A stretch of DNA of 64,000 nucleotides from Candidatus Falkowbacteria bacterium (lineage in GTDB: Bacteria; Patescibacteriota; Patescibacteriia; XYB2-FULL-38-15). Under the pieces are notes generated by a model. That model did not search any database and was not told the DNA's origin. It worked only from the letters and a program-made list of their open reading frames with translations. The position numbers and the translations under genes were made by a program. The stretch lies in the NCBI GenBank assembly GCA_037440105.1, contig JBBIUS010000002.1, positions 2,685 through 66,684 of the forward strand. The letters are read 5' to 3'. Shown piece by piece: positions 59,993 through 64,000 of this stretch (within the stretch, counting starts at the first letter, position 1; the number at the start of each line of letters is the position of its first letter).

Positions 59993-61492
59993 TTAACATT
60001 TCTTGGTAAAAAATATGCTGCATAAAATTATATAGCCAATTCCTAAGGGGTGATTTAAATATGGGCTAAAGAAATTTGTTGCTAAAAGAGCTAGAATTCC
60101 GAGGAGCAAACCAAGGGGGAGAAAGTCTCCTGCTTGCCATAAACGCCACCCAGAACGCCAAATTTTAGTGATTAAAAGGAGATAAACGACCAGCCCGGCC
60201 AAGCCGATTTTAAGCATAATGTCCAAATATCCCCATTCAAAGGCATAGGTAGTGAATTGCCCAGTTGGATTAAACTGCAAGGCGCGAGGATCGCTACTTT
60301 TGTAAGTGACAGTTGTGCCAAAGCCAGAGCCAATAACCGGGTGTTTTATAACTGCTTTGCCAAGCGGTGGAAGTAAATCCCAGCGGCTTCTGACCGCGGC
60401 TTCATTCAAATCAGTTAATCTTTCTTCTAACATTGAACCCCAAGAGATTTTGCTTGGCGTTGGGTACGGAAATTTGACGGTGATAAAAATCGCGGCGGCT
60501 GAGGTAACAAGTATGACTAGACCACAGAGTCCTATCTTTAAAATTTTTCTAAAGGGAAATTTTAGAAAGATTAAGAATATTAAAAGTGTCAAAAGCCCTA
60601 AAGCCAAGCCGACCCAGAAACTGCGGGAAAAGCTAATGAGAATAGATGAAAGACATCCAGTAACCAATAACGAGTAACGAGCAATAAGTACTTTGCTTTT
60701 GTCTTTTTGCCAGACCAAGAAGGCAATAAAAATAAATAGGGCGATTAACACATAAATTTGCGACTGAAAAAATATTCGGTAAAAACCGCTGCCCATCAAG
60801 GTTATCTCCCCTATTAAAAATTGCCGTAGCCACCGGTAAAGCGGATACATTGCCACTTCCAGATTGTGAGAAAAAATGTAAAGAAGAAAAAATGTTTTAA
60901 TGACAATAATAGTAACCGCGGCTGTTAAAATTTGCAGGATGTTTTCAATTTGCTCGCGCGATTTTACGACATCCACGATCGGAAAAATTAAACCAAAATA
61001 TAGCCAACCGTTGAAATCAAAAAATATATTTTGGAAAGAATTCCCGCGAATTAGCCCCCAAACAAAACCCCAGGCAATAAAGATAAACAGAATCCAATAG
61101 ATACGAGGAATCAGGAATTTAGAATCATGAATTATGGTTTTTGAATTTTGAATTTGTGATTTGGAATTTATTTGGAATTTAGAATTTGACATTTGAATTT
61201 TTCTGAACAACCATACACCAAACACAACTATGAAAAATGCTATGCGTAAAGAAATCGATACACTACCCGTGTCAAAGTAGAAAAGGTACCCTTTCGAACC
61301 AATAAACAATTCCGCTAGCAGAATATAAAGTCCGTATTCCAATTTTTCCAAAGTCAAAATCAGTGTCAGGGTCAAAATTACAAAAAAGGCCACTTTGTTA
61401 AAAAGCGGAAAAAGATATGCGACAAAAGACAAAATCAAAGCAAAAGAGATGAAAAGCAGTGATGTTTTAAAATATTTACCAAATAAATCCAT
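59993..61492 (-). CDS. O-antigen ligase/polymerase-like (Wzy-type) polytopic membrane protein
   Basis: 499 aa with >10 TM segments and a central loop region typical of O-antigen-ligase-like proteins. It contains ~13 in-frame heptamer words at 61107-61201. Confidence 0.65.
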   Translation of the reverse strand: MDLFGKYFKTSLLFISFALILSFVAYLFPLFNKVAFFVILTLTLILTLEKLEYGLYILLAELFIGSKGYLFYFDTGSVSISLRIAFFIVVFGVWLFRKIQMSNSKFQINSKSQIQNSKTIIHDSKFLIPRIYWILFIFIAWGFVWGLIRGNSFQNIFFDFNGWLYFGLIFPIVDVVKSREQIENILQILTAAVTIIVIKTFFLLYIFSHNLEVAMYPLYRWLRQFLIGEITLMGSGFYRIFFQSQIYVLIALFIFIAFLVWQKDKSKVLIARYSLLVTGCLSSILISFSRSFWVGLALGLLTLLIFLIFLKFPFRKILKIGLCGLVILVTSAAAIFITVKFPYPTPSKISWGSMLEERLTDLNEAAVRSRWDLLPPLGKAVIKHPVIGSGFGTTVTYKSSDPRALQFNPTGQFTTYAFEWGYLDIMLKIGLAGLVVYLLLITKIWRSGWRLWQAGDFLPLGLLLGILALLATNFFSPYLNHPLGIGYIILCSIFFTKKC

Positions 61493-61516
61493 AACTCATG
61501 ATTCGTAATTCATAAT

Positions 61517-62365
61517 TCACTTTTTCAAAATTTGCACTAACCATGCTAATGCAAGACTAATGGGTCTTAATAATTGAATGACTATCCACTCCCCTATCGT
61601 CCCGTGCTTTTTAAAATAATATGACAAACTGCGATTGAAATCCTTTTGTTTTTTAATATTTAATATTTGCTTAAAACTTTGTCCAAAATGATGAATAATT
61701 TTTGCTTCTGGCGTATACAAAATTTTCCAGCCAGAAGCTTTAGCCCGCTTGCAAAAATCAACTTCTTCAAACCAGATCCAGAAATTTTCATCCAAAAGCC
61801 CGATTTTTTCTATGACTTCACGGCGAATTATCATAAAGGCGCCCATAATCTGATCAACTTCTTGCGTTTTTTCATAGTCAAAGTCTTGAACTAAATATTT
61901 ATACATCGCTTTGGAATACGGAAAAAGATGATGCAGTTTTAATAAAATCATGACTTGCGAGGCAAGAGTCGGGAAAGAGCGGACCGAAGGTTGGAGCGAC
62001 AAATCAGCATTTAATAGTTTACATCCGGCAATTCCACATTCGGGGTGGGCATCCATAAACCGAACCATTTTTTCCAAAGCATTTTCTAAAATCTCCGTGT
62101 CGGGATTCAGGAGTAAAATATATCTGCCTCGCGTTTTTTTTATTGCCAAATTATTCCCCTTGGCAAAACCTAAATTTTCCGCACTGGCGGTGAGGTCCAC
62201 TCGCGGGAATCGTGATCGCACCATCTCCACGCTGCCGTCGCCTGAATTATTATCAACCACAAAAACTTCAAAAAAAATATTTTTTGTCTCGTCAAAAATA
62301 GACCTCAAACATTTTTTCAGAAGATCTTTCACTCTCCAATTAACAATAACTATTGATAGATCCAT
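61517..62365 (-). CDS. Glycosyltransferase family 2
   Basis: 282 aa. LSIVIVNWRVKDLLKKCLRSI...VVDNNSGDGS and LLNPDTE (DxD-like). Confidence 0.85.
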   Translation of the reverse strand: MDLSIVIVNWRVKDLLKKCLRSIFDETKNIFFEVFVVDNNSGDGSVEMVRSRFPRVDLTASAENLGFAKGNNLAIKKTRGRYILLLNPDTEILENALEKMVRFMDAHPECGIAGCKLLNADLSLQPSVRSFPTLASQVMILLKLHHLFPYSKAMYKYLVQDFDYEKTQEVDQIMGAFMIIRREVIEKIGLLDENFWIWFEEVDFCKRAKASGWKILYTPEAKIIHHFGQSFKQILNIKKQKDFNRSLSYYFKKHGTIGEWIVIQLLRPISLALAWLVQILKK

Positions 62366-62430
62366 ACTTTTCCAATCCTATAAATATTGCGATCGCAATA
62401 TTTATGGGACAAGTTGAATTAATTATTATT

Positions 62431-62468
62431 ACTTTACAATTTTTCGCGGCCGCAAAAAATTGTAAAGT
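62431..62468. repeat. 38-nt near-perfect palindrome centred on GCGGCCGC
   Basis: ACTTTACAATTTTTCGCGG | CCGCAAAAAATTGTAAAGT, with one mismatch. Confidence 0.8.
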
Positions 62469-62525
62469 AGGTTTATATAAACATAACCCAATATTATGGT
62501 TCTAAATAAATTTTTCTAAAATACA

Positions 62526-64000
62526 CTAAAGTTCAACTAATAAGTGTTCTTTAATAATATAACATCGATCGCAAATCTTTTTTAGTTCTTCGCGGTGAGA
62601 AACAATAATGGCCGTTTTGTTTGAAAGATACTTGGCCAAAAAATCAATCACCCTGCTTTCGGTGGCAAAATCTAAGTGAGAAGTTGGTTCGTCTAACAAA
62701 AGTATTTCACGATTGAGTAAAATTCCCCGAATTAAGTTGATTCTTTGTTTCTGGCCAGCGGAGAGTTTTACTCCTTTTTCACCCACGATTGTTTCTAACC
62801 CATCATCTATATTTTGAACCCAAGTCAAAAGGTCAAGTTTATCAAAAATATCGAAAATATTTTTTTCTTCGATTTTTTGACCAAGAGTAATATTCTCTCG
62901 TAAAGAAACATTGAAAAGTTCTGTCTCTTGCGAAATTATAGTTATATGATTTTGGAAAAATTTTTCATTCACTACTTCGTACAATTGTCCGTCAATTAGC
63001 CGTTTTCCTTGATCTGGTTTAAGAAAATTAGCAAACAAATTCAAAAAGGTCGTTTTACCCTCGCCGGACTTACCAATAACACAAATCTTTTCGCCCTTTT
63101 TGATGGTAAAATCCGGTATACTAATTTTCTTTTCACTTCCTAGATGTTGAAAGAATACTCCACTAAACTTTATTTCTCGCCATGTTTGAATTTCTTGACC
63201 CTCACGTATTAACTCTTTTGGGGAAATTATTTTCTCTAAGCTATTGATATATGCTTTCATTTCCATTAGCGCTTTGAAATTTTCCGACAAACGCTCGATG
63301 TTTCCTCTGACTATGGTATAGGCGACAATAAAAAGGATTAAAATTGAGGCGGAAATATTGTTTTTTGAAACCTGAAATAGCAAAAATCCAATGGTTGACA
63401 AAAAAGCGATGCCAAAAAGTGCGTGCAGAAAAAACCAGCGGTTGGCATGAAAGTTTTGAAGTCTTTTGATTTGATTATAATTCTCGTCAGTTTTACGGAA
63501 AAGTTTATCTTCAACAAAAGAATAAATACCTAACTTTTTAACAGTGAGAATGTTGGACATAAAGTCAGCATACGATTCTAAAAGCGAAGCTCGTTTTTTA
63601 TTCAATTCGTCTGCAATGGGCACCATTTTTTTTGAAAGCAAAGTGCTGATTGACGTAAAGACACTTAAAACGATCAAATTAATGACAGCAATAAGAACTG
63701 ATTCTCTAGCTGTAAAATAGAAAAATAAAGTAATGTTAGATATACCTTTAGCAAAAGTCCAAAAGATATCAAACATTATCGGTGCAAGACCGTCAGAAAC
63801 TTTGTTTATTAGCGAAAGAATGTAGCCTGAATGGTAATTGATTAAATTTTTTATAGGAAGTTTTTCTAGAGATTTGAAATATTTGATCCGGATATAATTA
63901 CTGAATTGAGGTCCTAACGCTTCGCCGTATTTTCTGATGATCCATTGTAACAAAAGTGAGCTTACATAAAAAATAATTATCCATTGAATGAGGTTTTTAA
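62526..64000 (-). CDS. ABC exporter, fused permease/ATPase (MsbA-like); 5' end beyond the window
   Basis: Walker A GKSGEGKTT, signature LSAGQKQRINLIRG and Walker B LLLDEPTSHLD. The reading frame stays open upstream of the track's TTG (63953) to the window edge. Confidence 0.85.
   Translation of the reverse strand, partial: KNLIQWIIIFYVSSLLLQWIIRKYGEALGPQFSNYIRIKYFKSLEKLPIKNLINYHSGYILSLINKVSDGLAPIMFDIFWTFAKGISNITLFFYFTARESVLIAVINLIVLSVFTSISTLLSKKMVPIADELNKKRASLLESYADFMSNILTVKKLGIYSFVEDKLFRKTDENYNQIKRLQNFHANRWFFLHALFGIAFLSTIGFLLFQVSKNNISASILILFIVAYTIVRGNIERLSENFKALMEMKAYINSLEKIISPKELIREGQEIQTWREIKFSGVFFQHLGSEKKISIPDFTIKKGEKICVIGKSGEGKTTFLNLFANFLKPDQGKRLIDGQLYEVVNEKFFQNHITIISQETELFNVSLRENITLGQKIEEKNIFDIFDKLDLLTWVQNIDDGLETIVGEKGVKLSAGQKQRINLIRGILLNREILLLDEPTSHLDFATESRVIDFLAKYLSNKTAIIVSHREELKKICDRCYIIKEHLLVEL

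Noticed and set aside
1-64000. Search for CRISPR arrays, rRNA, tRNA, tmRNA and transposase or reverse-transcriptase genes
   Set aside because: No spaced direct repeats of 24-40 nt were found. There are no GTTCGAATC-type T-arms with cloverleaf context and no rRNA-like conserved blocks. No DDE, HUH or RT motifs appear in any ORF. The only recombination gene is the tyrosine recombinase at 24946-25767.

Overview
This is a 64-kb, AT-rich, gene-dense bacterial chromosome segment. All calls come from reading motifs by eye; no database search was run. Gene content and protein architectures suggest a reduced-genome Patescibacteria/CPR-type organism, which is inference only. The supporting signs are short aaRSs, RpoA without an alpha-CTD, CxxC zinc-ribbon mini-proteins and a TraD-like ATPase pair.

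Housekeeping content:
- The alpha operon plus rplM-rpsI: infA-rpmJ-rpsM-rpsK-rpsD-rpoA-rplQ-rplM-rpsI.
- mnmA, alaS, proS, lysS, serS, gltX and greA.
- mreBCD-PBP2, alr-ddl-ftsQ, clpB, priA and def-fmt.
- Envelope genes: flippase, GT4, GT2, WecB/TagA, an O-antigen-ligase-like protein and an M23 peptidase.
- Two ABC systems, an ECF sigma/anti-sigma pair, a tyrosine recombinase and a UvrD-nuclease fusion.

No rRNA, tRNA or CRISPR array was seen.

The most unusual signals are non-coding:
1. A self-contained minus-strand transcription unit at 42997-43745 runs from a consensus promoter to a terminator. It is GC-rich and heavily structured, has strand-specific G:U pairs and SD/anti-SD motifs, and carries an embedded atypical 70-codon ORF.
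2. Three more GC-rich multi-hairpin islands lie at 19523-19649, 24013-24307 and 59710-59935. The first is flanked by a duplicated rpsI 3' end. The second sits beside an inverted-repeat-flanked ORF and the recombinase.
3. Heptamer 'word' repeats are pervasive. They build long hairpins between genes, and the same words occur in frame inside mnmA, ddl, fmt, a GT4, the helicase and the O-antigen-ligase-like gene.
4. A ~95-nt intercistronic element is present twice.

Protein-level oddities:
- A YHS domain fused to an ABC ATPase.
- A TraD/VirD4-like ATPase without a TM segment, fused to a CxxC-x17-CxxC zinc ribbon.
- An RpoA tail ending in an AT-hook.
- PriA with a degenerate Walker A.
- ProRS with a zinc ribbon in place of the INS domain.
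- A split AmmeMemoRadiSam-type gene set.
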